Positions 1 to 12,594 of a stretch of 64,000 bases of DNA are shown here, in pieces. Under the pieces are notes generated by a model. That model was not told the DNA's origin and did not search any database. It worked only from the letters and a program-made list of their open reading frames with translations. Where the stretch lies: positions 143,220,001-143,284,000 of the forward strand of contig NC_083243.1 in NCBI RefSeq assembly GCF_032191835.1. Reading direction: 5' to 3'. The position numbers and the translations under genes were made by a program. The stretch's first letter is position 1; every line of letters starts with the position of its first letter. This DNA comes from Heteronotia binoei. Taxonomy: Eukaryota.

Positions 1-937
1 AGCAGCAACTAAGGGGTAGGGGATACAAAAGCGGAAGCTTAAAAAAAAAATTAAACACTATTCACAACCCAGGCATCCAGCTCATTGCAGGTTGTGCTGC
101 CCTCTCCCACTGCTCACATGGAGCTTTTGGTTGGTGGACACTACTGTGCAGTTGGACACTGCCACCACCCCACATGTCACAACTGACAGCCTACACCAAT
201 TTTTAAAAGTGCCATTTTTAAATTGTAGCAGCAGCAATATAAATACTCAAAATGATGTAAGACTGGTGCAGGTGGCAGGCACAGAAATCCAAAGTCAAAT
301 TTAAAGGCTTGACTGCTCAGATACTCTGCAGTAAATTGTAAGTGTGGAAAGGGCCTAAGAAAGTTTAATGAGGCTAATGAGAATGTGTGCCATTTTGCTT
401 TCAAACTGGAAGAGGTGAGAGAAGAGGTTTCTGTTGGCTGGTGAATTAAATGACCTGACCAAAAAGGACAGCTATGTTATTTAATTCAGATTTTTCATGC
501 ATGAATGATGAAGCACACTTGCCAGTAAATCATTACTAATAATGAATTTGCATAAACTCTAAGTAGAAAGTTAAATGATATTGGAAATCTAGAAAACCAG
601 CTCCTCTTAGATATGGAAAACTGTATGCAATAGAGATGGGCATGAACTGGAGAAATGGTGGTTATCTTGGTTTGTGGTTTGACAGCCCAAACTGATGAGC
701 TGTGTTGGTTCATGGTTCATTTGATATCCTGAACTGTTTTATGTTTCTTTGGGTTCAGGAGGGTTCAGCCCCCTTTCAAGTTAGAGACACCAAACTCACT
801 TGATGTCTTCAGTAGGCTCTCCTTCACCTGCCCTCCAAGTCTGGCAAAGACTGGATTTGGAATGTCTGAGTTACAGCCCCCCAAAGCAGGTAGCCCTCAG
901 GAAAGCTCAGCTTCACCTCACTCAGGACAACTAAGAC

Positions 938-1212
938 CATTTCCTCAGTAGTGAAATTCCCCACTTTAAATTTTTTAAAACCACATGTTAATGTGAAATT
1001 TTTCACAGCAGATTTTTCCTCACCAGGTGCAAATCCAAAGTTTTCTTCTTACCCTGCATTTTTGGAACTTGCTAAAACTGGGAATTGCAAAAATGTGAGG
1101 TAAGGAGAAAACTTCAGGTTTGTGCCTGGTGAGAAAAAATCTACTGTGGAAAATTTCACATAATACACAGTTTTGAAAATGTAAATGTGGGGAATTTCAC
1201 TTCTGTGAAAAT
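938..1212. mobile_element. Old foldback MITE-like element
   Basis: Imperfect inverted arms of about 120 bp (cagtagtgaaattccccac... / ...gtggggaatttcacttctg) around a short loop. Confidence 0.65.
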
Positions 1213-3226
1213 GATCTAACCCCTCTCTTTGTGTCACAAAATGAAAGCAGCTGAGTAAGGGTGTCGGTTCCCATAGACCACAATGAAGGCTCTACTGCTG
1301 GCTCCTAGAGCTGTCTATCAAGCTATGGACAAGTTCTATAGGTGTTTCTAGGGTTCCCAGAAGTCCACCCCCAGCGTTGCCTAGGAATTGGTTGAATCGG
1401 TGGCAGGCAGCCTTGCAAACAAACTGCAAAAACAAAACAATACATGGGGGGCAATATGTTGCATTTTTTGATTGGCATGACAATTCCACAAATTGGTTCA
1501 AAACAAAGCACGAATTCATTTATTGGTTCGTGCCCATCCCTAGTATGCAACAAGCTTTTCAAAATAAACCCTGAGATTAATCATTCCTGCTGTTTTCTTT
1601 CACAGACAGAATATGCACATATAATGCTCCTGAACACTATTGCTCCTGACAAGGTCCTCAGATTCCTTCCCAGGGTGAATTCCCAAGTTGTTTTCTTGCT
1701 GACCTTTATTACAGTGATGGTTTATCACTTGAATTATCTAAGTTACCACTTATCAGTGTTTGTTTTAGAATTTTAAAATTGGCTTCAAACCCTGTTTTCA
1801 GTTTCATAGCAAACACTGGTTAGTGTTAACCATGGTAAAGATCAGTGCCATTGTGGTCAAAGCCGGTGGTAGCAAGCAATTCATAACATATGGACAGGGC
1901 TAAAAGGGAGCTCATAAAGGGCACTTCTTTGAAAAGTCTCCCATGTTAAGGATGATGCCACCTCCAGTTTAACGGGTAACACCTTTTAACGTATTTCCTG
2001 CCTTTGTCTGACTGAATTATGTGAAACAATTATATTGATCCAAGTTTAATTGCTTAGGGTAAGTTAACTTGATTCATGGAGAAAAGATTTGCTGTTGCAA
2101 AATCTGTAATCATACTTCTGAGACAAAGATAAGATTGCACAGTCTTGTAGCATCAGTGCGGTGTCTTTGTAATGTCAAAAGAATCAAAGGAATCATGGCT
2201 AAAAGCATTTCAATATTAGGGTTTGTTTCTCTCTTTCAAGTGCAATATTTAAATTATTTGGCTTTTAAAGACACTTTGTTTCTCATGCACAACACTGATA
2301 TTTTCAAATAGGAAGAAGTCAAAGGGGCACCATTTTGTGTATCCTATTTAAATTTGTTAAGACTGTAAAACTCTGCACAGGTGTGCTAGTATTGTATAGC
2401 ATCACTTACTTGAGTTTTGAAAATAAAAAAGGATTGTTTTAGAGTCCTCTGTGTTGCTCTCATATGATTTATTTATGCAATGCAATAACTGCGACCTTCT
2501 ATGGGCACTTTGTTCTTAAAGGAAACGCCATCTTTTACAGAGAAGCCAAATTGCCGTTATCAGTGGCTCTTAAATTTTGTAGTTCATGGACCACTAGGCT
2601 TTCAGGACAAAAATCATGATGGCATTCTTTCCACATTCTGATGCAACTGTAGTGAGTACACTTCTAGGTAGTGATATTTATTTCCAGTGAGAATTTTGTC
2701 AGCCAGGATCCTAAGTTGTAGCATGTTGACTCCAAAGCAACATGGTGAAATGGAGTATGTGAAAATTCAGAAATACTTCCTTTCTTTCTGCTGTGCAATA
2801 CTTGCAAAGAAAAAGTTGAATTCTTATTTGGAAACATTCCAAATGAGCCCATCTATACAGTAATGAAATTTCTTTAAAAATATGATAGCTTCCAAGTGCA
2901 ATGATTATGCACCCCAAAGCAGAGAGGTGTGGATTTTTTTTTTTAATCACAGGTGCAAAACTTGGTAAGGCTTTTCTCAGCCTCTGATTGTTTTGTAACA
3001 AGGGAAATGGGGAAAAAATCTGAAGGGGGAAACTTTTCTGATTCAAATGTTGATATTCATTACATCTTTCATCAATGCATCCAATTAATAAAACAACTAA
3101 GAATGAAAAGCAAAAAAACCCTAAAATAAATCCCAATTTCTGCTTTGCTTTACATGAAAAGCAAGTAATTCTTTTCTAGTTTACAATCGAATAGGTTGCA
3201 TGAATGATGAGTGAATCACATTTTAC

Positions 3227-3350
3227 TAAACAGGAACTGTCATAGAATGAGCACCCCAGGGGTATGGGAGAAATCTTCCCGCTGTTTATAGGACTAGCAA
3301 TATAACATTGTGTTATCTCACTTCCTCAGAAGGGTGTTTTCTGAGTCAGC
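3227..3350 (+). promoter_or_regulatory. Putative LYVE1 proximal promoter motifs (FOX:ETS-like, GATA, ETS, AP-1)
   Basis: TAAACAGGAACT at 3227-3238, TTATCT at 3313-3318, ACTTCCT at 3320-3326 and TGAGTCA near 3343, all 260-380 bp upstream of the ATG. Motif matches only. Confidence 0.4.
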
Positions 3351-3604
3351 ACTAGTTGTATTTTCCACACTGCCTCTGATGACTTTGGGGGCATCATGTG
3401 TTTCCAGTCAGTGACCTTGGCCAAAGAATGGCTTATGAACTAAGCAATGTTGATGCTGCTGTTCCTGTGAAACTGCACAGTGTCTCTTCAACAGCTTTCA
3501 AGGAAAGACCTCACTCAAAGCTCACAAGGTGTGGATTAGCATCCCATTGTTCTATAGGCTGAGAAACAACCTGGCCTGAGTCTCTGCTTACAGCGGTGTT
3601 GGCC

Positions 3605-3689
3605 ATGTCATCTCTTTCAGGACTTTCCATCTTTTTCATTTCAATTTGGATTCTAAGGGCCATGACACAGCTTGCTCCTGATTCAGTAG
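3605..3689 (+). CDS. LYVE1: LYVE1 coding exon 1 (signal peptide)
   Basis: ATG at 3605 gives MSSLSGLSIFFISIWILRAMTQLAPDSV-G, a hydrophobic leader resembling human LTSIWTTR. Donor G|GTATGT; 85 bp, phase 1, joins exon 2 in frame. Confidence 0.88.
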
Positions 3690-4479
3690 GTATGTGATGG
3701 GTTGTTGGTTTTTAATTAATCTGATTAATTAGAATGTGTAGGTCTGATTAAGGTAAAACACTGTAGATGACCTTGTTCCTTAATAGGATAAAATCATCTA
3801 CAGTGCCTTACTTTAAAATCAGAATTGCATGTTGCAGCCACTGTGTTTGGAAAGGTGTACCTTGTGTTAGAATTCCACTGTAAATATATTTCACTGTAAA
3901 TATATTTTATTATTATTGATACATTCTAGAATGTTATGTACTCTTGAACTGCCCTGTAGAGTTCCAGTACTTCTCTCCCCAATTGGGATCCAAAATATTG
4001 ATTTTTAGACCTGTGTGTTTTTCCAGAATTTCTGCATGTGTTTAACATTGTTTAACTCCGGGTGGCACTCTACAGGCAGCTCAGGAGTACATAACATACT
4101 AAAATTTATGACCAAATAAGAGGCTGTTTAATTCAGACTTTAGGGCTATGGGTTTCTTTCACACTACAGGTTTTAAATTAGCATAGCTGGAAAGATGAAT
4201 GCTATTGTGAACACTCACTATAAATATTTCAGTTTTGACCCTGTTGTTCACAATTTGTTCTTTATATATTAATATACATAGTTGCTACATAGGGATAACT
4301 ATGCATCTTGACAAAGTATGCTGCGTAGTACACCAAAATTGTAGTTTTATTCTACCAAAATAGATATTCATAATTTATTTATTTTTATTTGTTTGGTTAA
4401 CTTATATCCCACCCTACCCCACAAATGGGCTCAGGGCAGATGACAACATAATAAGATAATAAAACCAAGAAAATCCAAC

Positions 4480-4644
4480 NNNNNNNNNNNNNNNNNNNNN
4501 NNNNNNNNNNNNNNNNNNNNNNNNNNNNNNNNNNNNNNNNNNNNNNNNNNNNNNNNNNNNNNNNNNNNNNNNNNNNNNNNNNNNNNNNNNNNNNNNNNNN
4601 NNNNNNNNNNNNNNNNNNNNNNNNNNNNNNNNNNNNNNNNNNNN
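4480..4644. other. Assembly gap (165 N)
   Basis: Run of N. Confidence 1.
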
Positions 4645-4709
4645 CCGCCCTCCCCGCCGAAGCAGGCTCAGGGCGGCTAAGCAGGCTCAGGGCGGAAGTT
4701 ACTATAACC

Positions 4710-5031
4710 CAAGGGTAGCCAAACTTGTTTAATGTAAGAACCACATAGAATAAATGTCAGGTGTTTGAGAGCCATGAGACATGACCATCAGATAAGATTT
4801 GAGAGCAGGCAGGAAAGAAGGCAGGAAGGCAGATAGATGGGGGAAGGAGAAGTGGAAAGAAATCAGCTTTAAATGCATTCTCCACACTGCTGACTGGCTT
4901 GGCTTGGAGAAGTGGTTTAAGAGAGAAATGCCTTCTCCAAGCTGGCCAACAGGGTGGTGGGGCTTTGAGAGCCACACAATATGTGTGAAAGAGCCACATG
5001 TGGCTCCCGAGCCGCAGTTTGGCCACCTGTG
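4710..5031. mobile_element. Non-autonomous hAT element, family A (CAGGGGTGGCCAAACT termini)
   Basis: TIR caagggtagccaaact / agtttggccacctgtg; perfect 8-bp TSD CTATAACC at 4702-4709 and 5032-5039. Confidence 0.85.
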
Positions 5032-5743
5032 CTATAACCTAATGCTTCTGCAACATTTCATAGACCCATACATACATTCCATACATACATACAAACATGC
5101 CATCAAGTTGCAATCAACATGCCATCAAGTTGTTGAGAGGTTCGTTATTAATCTTAGATTCCCACCTCTAAAAGAGCAATAACAGATCTCTTCCTCCAAT
5201 TTGTTCTGATAATAAAACATACTCCAAAATGTCCTTTGCAATTTTAAAAGGCTTTTAAGTATTTGTTTAATTTAAATAATTGTATTCCACTTTTCTCTCC
5301 AAATGGACCCAAACTGACTTACAATTTTTTAAAAGTATGTAAATAATCCAGTAAAAAGAAAACAAACCAAACAATAAATCCAGCTTGGGCTGGGTCTTGG
5401 AATCATTGGCTAGCTTATTCAAAGACATAGTCTACAAGCCACAGGTTAAGAGCCAAAAGACCATGGTCCTTTTGGTTGTAGCCCTTTGACTCAGGCATTA
5501 TATAATGTGGGAAGTGGGAAAGTGAAAAACAATCCTCATAAACAATGTTATACAGCTGGCAAAGATGGTCCACCTTAATCCTTTCCTCCCTTCCCTCTTT
5601 ATATAGTCAGTTCTTAATATTTTATTGCACATTATCTGGAAGTACTGAAAAGATAGCTCTCCCTGATAATTTCTTTATTTACAAAATTTAAATCCCATCT
5701 TTCTGCCCTTACGAAGGCTGCCAAAGTGACTAACAATTTAAAG

Positions 5744-6629
5744 CAGGGGTGTCGAACTCATTTGTTATGAGGCCCGCATCTGATATAAATGGGACTTTGT
5801 GGGGCTGGGCCATGTATGTCATAACTTGTAATGCCAGGTAACGAGAGATATAAACTTCATAAAAGATACAGACAAATACAATTTTAAAAAATGTGTTGCT
5901 TACAATACAAACATGCTTGAGATATTTTGTTTAAAATGGAAAGGTGGGGGGAATACTGGGATTTGGCAATGCAATTTTAAGCATAAAACATCAAGAAAAA
6001 GTGCAAGGATCACATCAGAAACTTAAAAAGTAAAATGCTCTGATCCTAGGAAAATGTTAAAAGGCAAGGCACTGCAAGCTTCTCCCCCCGCCCTGGGTCT
6101 ACTCAGATTGGCAATGGCTCTCCAGTGTAATATCCCTCTTTGGCTATGGGATCCCAGGTTAGAGTACACACTAGGCACTAGTTCTCAGGTCCATACAGCA
6201 GAGACAATCTGGCTCAAAGCATCAAACCTTTATTTGCAAGGTGATAACTCCAGGAAGCAACAGCTTCAACTGGCCATACAAATGCTGGAAAGTGAAGCTA
6301 CTTCAGCTCCACTCCATTGAAATACATTGCACCACAGACAAAGTTGCAAGGAAAATGTGGAATGGATTTTCTATTAGGTCCTGGGCCCAGATAGATTACT
6401 GCCAGAGTAGGCTATCTGGGCACAGAGACCTTAATGGAAAATCCATTCTGCATTTTCTTTGCAGCTTTGAAAGCCCAGAAGAGCTTCCTGCTGAAGCCAG
6501 CAAAGAAAAGGCATAGGGATCTGGGAGCTCCAAAGGGTGAGGACAGAAGGGGGACGGAAGAGCCATGGGCCTGATTAAAAGCCTGGGTGGGCTGTGTGTG
6601 GTCCATGGGTCATAAGTTTGGCACCCTTG
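5744..6629. mobile_element. Non-autonomous hAT element (CAGGGGTGTC termini), long copy
   Basis: TIR caggggtgtcgaact / agtttggcacccttg; partial TSD ATTTAAAG/ATTTAAGC; left end matches the copy at 50845. Confidence 0.7.
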
Positions 6630-6779
6630 ATTTAAGCATATATGGTAAAATTACCTAATAATTAATTTTAAAAACCCCCGAACATACACCTTTAAAAACA
6701 ACTCTTTAAAAAATAAAAAAACCTGAGTTAAAATACATATTATGTAAAACATAAAGACATTAGTTAATAAGGACGGATC

Positions 6780-8035
6780 CCTGTGGGAATGCCAGATAAA
6801 ACAAAAAAACTCTTCACTACCAACAGAAAAGAGTAACAGAATGGGACAAACAAATCTCCCTGGGGAGCAAGTTTCAGAGCTTTGGTGCCATGACCAAGAA
6901 TGACCTCTCCTGGATTGCCATGTCCCTAATCTCAGAAGGCAGGGACACCTGAAACAGGGCCTCTAAGGAGGACTGTAATGGTCAGGTGAGTTCATAAAGG
7001 ATTAGGCAGTTCTTCAGGTATGTTGGTTCTAAACCATTTAGGGCTTTGAAGATAAAGACCAGCACCCTGAATTGTACCCAGAAATAAATTGGAAGTCAGT
7101 GTAGGTGGGCCAAGACTGGAGTGATATGATCTCTACAACTCACTCCAGTCAGCATCCTGCACCACTTGAACTTTCAAGGACAGCTCCATGTATATCGCAT
7201 GACAACACTGCAATAATTTAATTTAGATGTAACCAGGGCATGTTTTTATTTTTATTTTTTTATTTTATCATATTTATATCCTGCCCTCCCCGGCGGGCTC
7301 AAGTGCTTGGTGTAGAGCCAGTTTGGTGTAGTGGTTAAGAGTGGCGTACTCTAATCTGGAGAATCAGGTTTGATTCCCCACTCCTCCACATGCAGCCAGC
7401 TGGGTGACCTTGAGTCAGTCACAGTTCTCTCAGAGCTCTCTTAGCCTCATCTACTTCACAGGGTATCTGCTGTGGGGAGAGGGAGGGAAGGAGATTGTAA
7501 ACCACCCTGAGACTCCTTTGGGTAGTGAAGGCCAGGGTATAAATCCAGTCTCCTCCTCCTCTTCTTCCAGATCTTTTCCATCCAGAAAAAGCTAACCAAT
7601 CAAAGCTGGTAAAAGGGACTCTTGGCCACAGCTGCCATCTGTCTATCCAGCAGTAAGTTGCAAATGATGGACCTGTTCCTTCAAGGGGAGTGCAACCCCA
7701 TCAAGAATGGGTGATGTCTTAAATCCTGGGTCAGGTTCTGTCCACCAGTAGCACTTCCACATTGTCAGAATTAAGCTTCACTTTATCAGCCCACATCTGC
7801 TCCAAAACTGCCTCCATGTACTGGTTCAGAGTTTCTACAGCCTCCCTACGATCAGCTGGAAGTACACAGTAGAACTGAGAGTCATCCACATATTAGTGAC
7901 AACCCAGCGCAAATCTCTGGATGACCTTACCCAGCAGTTTAATGTTAAAGAGCATGGGGACAATAAAGAACCTCTTGGGAGCTCATAGGCCAAAGGCCAA
8001 GGGGCTGAACAACAGTCTCCCAACATGACCTTCTG
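6780..8035 (-). mobile_element. Degenerate L2-clade LINE (RT region), interrupted by a SINE
   Basis: Minus strand reads GDCCSAPWPLAYELPRGSLLSP, a decayed form of the L2 RT motif GVPQGSILSP, followed by L2 C-terminal remnants. Confidence 0.7.
7314..7568 (+). mobile_element. tRNA-derived SINE with an L2-like 3' tail
   Basis: A box TGGTGTAGTGG and B box GTTTGATTCCC; ends ...ggtataaatccagtc(tcc)n. Related pieces at 34700-34830(-), 37575-37810(-), 43290-43410 and 44226-44410. Confidence 0.8.
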
Positions 8036-8064
8036 AAACCTACCCTCCAGGTAAGACTATAACC

Positions 8065-9165
8065 AGCACAGAACAATATGCAGATGACACCCAGTTCTAT
8101 CTGTTGATGGGTGGCCAGTCCAACTGTACCCCGGAAAATCTAGACCTAGCTCTTCAAGCCGTAGCATCTTGGCTCAGGCTGAGCCAGCTGAAGCTGAATC
8201 CGACGAAGACGGAGGTTCTCTAACTGAGCCGGGGTGGTCCGGGGGGGGGGGGGGGAGAGCCTTCTGCCGGCTCTTGCCGGGGTGTCACTAATACCGGCCC
8301 CTAAGGTCAAGAGCTTGGGTATGCTCCTTGAGTCCTCTCTTACAATGGAGGCCCAGGTAGCAGCCACTACTAGATCTGCCTTTTTTCATCTTCGGCGGGT
8401 GCAGCAGTTGGCCCCTTTCCTGGAGCATGATGACTTAGCAATGGTGATTCATGCCACAGTCACCTCAAGAATAGATCACTGTAATGCTCTCTACAAGGGG
8501 CTATCCTTGACGCTGACTCGGAAACTACAGCTAGTGCAGAACGCTGCAGCACAGCTGTTAATGGGACTCCCCCGATGGGAACACATTCGGCCAGTGCTGA
8601 AATAGTTGCACTGCCTACCTATTGTGTTCCCAGTCCATTTCAAGGTGTTGGTATTGACCTTTAAAGCCCTTTATGGTCAGGGGCCTGTCTATTTGCAGAA
8701 CCACCTTTCTCCACATGTTCTCCAGAGAGCACTGCGTTCAGGGACAAAAAATCTATTGTCCATCCCTGGACCAAAGGAGGTTAGGTTGCGTTCGATGCAA
8801 ACTAGGGCCTTCTCGGTGGCAGCACCAGAATTGTGAAAGGCTCTCCCAGAGGCCATAAGGGCCCTGCGGGATCTTTCCACTTTCCGCAGGGCCTGTAAGA
8901 CCGAATTGTTCCGACAGGCCTTTGATATCTAACCAGAAGAGAACTGGCACCTGACATCATATAGAGTACTAGGTGATCACCGTCAGAAAAGAAGAACTCA
9001 CTTATATTGTAGTGATACAGCACCACAAAATGTTTTTAAAATCTTAAATTGTAATTATGTTTTATTGGGTTTTATTGGTTTTAACTGTGAATATGAATGT
9101 TGTCAGCCGCCCTGAGTCCGCTTGCGGAGAGGGCAGGATAGAAATTTAAAGTAATAATAATAATA
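8065..9165 (+). mobile_element. 5'-truncated L2-clade LINE
   Basis: YADDTQFY at about 8077; ORF 8234-8605 (AFFHLRRVQQLAP...VTSRIDHCNALY...KLQLVQNAAA) continues as FKVLVLTFKAL; 3' end gccgccctgag...gagagggcagg followed by a (TAA)n tail. Confidence 0.9.
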
Positions 9166-9299
9166 AGAAGAACAGCGCCTCCTAATTCCAGTCCAGATAC
9201 TTGGACCAGGATACCATGATTATTACCTTCTGAAAAAATCCTATTATTGTTTGTTCTTGACTGGAGATGTCACAGTTGTTGAAAAGAGAGCTTAAATTA

Positions 9300-9880
9300 T
9301 GTCTTAGGCCTGAAATGAATAAAGTGGATGCAGTTGTGGAGTGGCCCATCCCCACCACTAAATACCAAGTGTGATCCTTTGGGGGTTTTGTGGAGTATTA
9401 TCTAAGGTTTATACCTGGATTCCATGGAATCGCTGCTTCGTTAGCTGACCAGAAAATCTCTGCTCAGTGATATGAACTGGATGCCTGAATGTCAGGTAGC
9501 CTTCAACAAGCTAAAGGAGTTATTGGTCACAGCTCTGAGCTTTTCACTGCCATTTACTGTGGCCACTGATGCTTAAAATGTGGATTTGGCTGCAGTACTC
9601 TGCCAAAATGTCCCTGATAGCCAAATTTAACCCATCTTGCTCCTCAACTGCAAGTTGCGGGATTGGGAATAAGATTTGTCTGCCATTGAAAAGGAGTGCC
9701 TGGCCATACCTATGAGGCAGGAAATTTACTCTGTGGATGAACCATTTACCTTTCTGTTGGCTGCACAATACCAAAAGGGTTAAAATAAAGCTGCTAAGGT
9801 GGAGTCTCATACTCCAAGACTTTGACTGACATTTTCACATAAAAGGACATAAAATGTGGTGGTGGTTGCCTTACTAAGTA
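9300..9880 (+). mobile_element. Ty3/Gypsy pol relic (RT connection and RNase H)
   Basis: Interrupted frames read KVDAVVEWPIPTT..QV*SFGGFVEYYLRFIPGF, WMPECQVAFNKLKELL, FTVATDA, SAIEKECLAI and LLRWSLILQDFD. Confidence 0.85.
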
Positions 9881-11608
9881 CATGTGGAATGTTTAACATG
9901 CTGGTTTGTATATATGCTTGATGTAACTGAAATCCTTGCAGGAAATGTTTTAAAGTAATATATATCTGGTTTGTGTATTTCTTGGCTATGAATGCCTCCG
10001 ATATTATGCTAGTAATTAAAGTACTACCCATAGTCCAGAAGAGACCTGAGTTGAGTCTCATCTTAGACAATGAGTTATTAAAAGATGGGCATGTGACTGA
10101 TGGGCAGAAGTCCTGCCATTTCTATCAGTCACCAGTCTCCTGTATGCCTGGTTGGAGTACGTGTGTACTGTACAGATGACAACCAATCAGGATTCATGGA
10201 TGGCTGAGGAAGCCAGATTTTGGAGGGGGGTTTTAGGGAGAAAAGGCTGTCACACTGTCAACTCAGTTCAGATAGAGTCTGAATCTTCAGAGAGAGAGGC
10301 TGGCAGGCTTCTGTCTCAGAATTTACCTTGTGTGTAAGCAGTCTAAAACCAATAAATGTGTGGAGATAGGGTTTGTGTTTCCAGAGTGTTAAGTGGTAGA
10401 GCACCTGTCTCAGGAAACTATGTAAGGCTTGAAGCCTGATTTTTTTTGGAAAAGCAGGCTGACATAGTCAGTGCTTTGGGAAGAGACTGGCTATCTCAGG
10501 TCCCAGTTTTTGAGGGAAATTGGCTAATGGCTTGTAGTTTTGGGAGGAGATCATATTTATATTGGGAGACTCTTAGGTTGAGGTAAGACCAGTCTTTACC
10601 ACAAGAATGAAAGTTTGCCTGTTAACTATTCTGTGCATCCAAGGGTTAACTTTGAAAGTGCTATCGTTTAATGTGCCCAGCAAAAGCTATGCATTATCTG
10701 TAAATAGTTTTAAGCCTCATTACTGAACCTTCTTATTTATATTTATCTTAAACCATGACCTGAACATTGGCACATATTTGGAGGCTGCATGCATTTTCTC
10801 AGACTGTTTTCATACATGACACTGTACAGCTCATCTGAGCTCCTGTTCTAGACTCTGCCACATGTGATCAATGCTAATATGATATAGAATTCAGTCAAGA
10901 ATCCATATATGCATTCTATCAAAGATAGGTTCAATATTTTGAGCATAGACTAATTTTAAGCCTCATGCGTGAAAATATCTAGCCTAAAAAAAAATTTCAC
11001 TCATATTTGTATGGGGGTATTTTTAACCACAAGTTCTAATGGAGAACATCATCCAAACATGATGCTTTTTGAAATATGACCAAATGTTTACCTAAATACA
11101 TTACTCTGTTGAGATGTAAATTGGAAGCTGGACTATAGGAATTTGGACTATTCTTTTATATTGTTCTCCAGAAATGGCCTTTTCCAAATGCCATGATTTA
11201 AAGATGTTTATGAGAATCCAGCTATTTTTGCACAGCATAGTCCTTGTGAGAATATATTTTATTCATAATTTTTGATTGGTGACCCACATAGGAAGGTCAA
11301 TTAATTCTCTCTCATAGAGAAGTTATAACTCAGTGGAACATTGACATTTTGAACAATGGATATACAGTTTAATCCCAGATGAGTCTGGTTAAAGCATCTT
11401 GGATGTCACAGGTGGCCATGATGACTGGCTGTAATCCTGGAGAAACCTTGCCAAGCCATAAACAGCACTGAGCCAGACTCAGCATAAGGAAGTCCCACCC
11501 TGAGAATTGTTCCTGTGCTGCAAAGTACAGGATGAAATATTATAAACAATATTAAGGATGAAAAAAAATTGTAGGTAATAATTTGACATATTTCTACTTA
11601 ATTTGCAG

Positions 11609-11783
11609 GTGTTGTAACAACGGACTGCAGAATTAGTGGAATAGCTCTCTTTACTGGAAAACGTCTCAATCAACCACCTTTTAATTTCTATGAGGCACAA
11701 GAAGTATGCAAGCAGCTAGGGCTAGTCCTGGCACATAAATACCAGGTTGAAAATGCTTTAAAGCATGGCTTTGAAACTTGCAG
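11609..11783 (+). CDS. LYVE1: LYVE1 exon 2 (Link module, N-terminal half)
   Basis: Acceptor atttgcAG; reads VVTTDCRISGIALFTGKRLNQPPFNFYEAQEVCKQLGLVLAHKYQVENALKHGFETC; donor AG|GTACAT. Matches the LYVE1 CRI..EA..C..LGL.LA...QVE.AL...FETC pattern. Confidence 0.96.
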
Positions 11784-12594
11784 GTACATCTTGTTTCAAC
11801 ATAATTTCATATTGTCTTACTGATTTTATTTTATTCTGTATTTTAATTGGAATATTTCTTCAGGCAGCTTTTTTTTTGCAAGTGTGGTAAATAAAGACAT
11901 AAATAAATAAGCATTTAAAAAAAAAAAGCATTTATATAAAATCCCCACTATTCTGGTTTAGATTCAATTACTTGTTTTCTCTGAGAAGTTTTCTTTCAGC
12001 GGAAGACATCTTTCCTCAACTATTCTCTTAGGTGTCATTTATGTCAGATTCGGCCCTCATAACAAATGAGTTCAACACCCCTGAGTATGCCGCTCTGAAA
12101 CTTCAACTGAAGGGTTGGTTATAAATCCAGGGCTTTTTTTCCTGCTGGAGCCCAAAGGAGCGGCCATGTGCTCCCAGGCCAGACAGTGTGGCTTAATATG
12201 CAAATGAGCTCCTGCTGGACTTTTTCTACAAAAAAAGCACTAACTCCTCCTACTCCTCTTCTTTTTCATAAACTGGCAATTAAAAAAACTGTCAAGAGCA
12301 AACAACATCATCTTTCTTTCTGTGAATGAAATAACTATCAAAGAACTTCTATGCATGCTTGAGTTATTCCTGATTTTCTTGGAAGTTGATCTACAAGTGC
12401 TAAAATTGGTTTGGGCAGAGTTGTTCCACACATCTGCCCCCTGTACATTTTTACAGCTGTAGAGTTAATTTATTTTCTTCCACATGTGGCTCGAATAATG
12501 AGGCTTTACAAGGGAGAGTGCTGTCATCATTGGGGTCATAATATTTTTTTAAACAGCCCTGCTGGGATTCCTCTGTGTGTGTGTGTGTGTGTTC

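Noticed and set aside
2195-2311. MAKSISILGFVSLF... as an alternative LYVE1 signal-peptide exon
   Set aside because: No phase-1 donor. The 3605-3689 exon has the expected length, phase and similarity.
3875-3907. Short tandem duplications (also about 5096-5132, 37851-37868 and 55420-55460)
   Set aside because: Two-copy slippage products, not arrays. There is no repeat-spacer (CRISPR-like) structure anywhere in this eukaryotic window.
7314-7390. tRNA-like A and B boxes
   Set aside because: They continue into a SINE body and tail, with several partial copies; not a tRNA gene.
10085-10770. Possible LTR next to the Gypsy pol relic
   Set aside because: Composition is LTR-like, but I could not find TG...CA ends, a polypurine tract, a TSD or a second copy.
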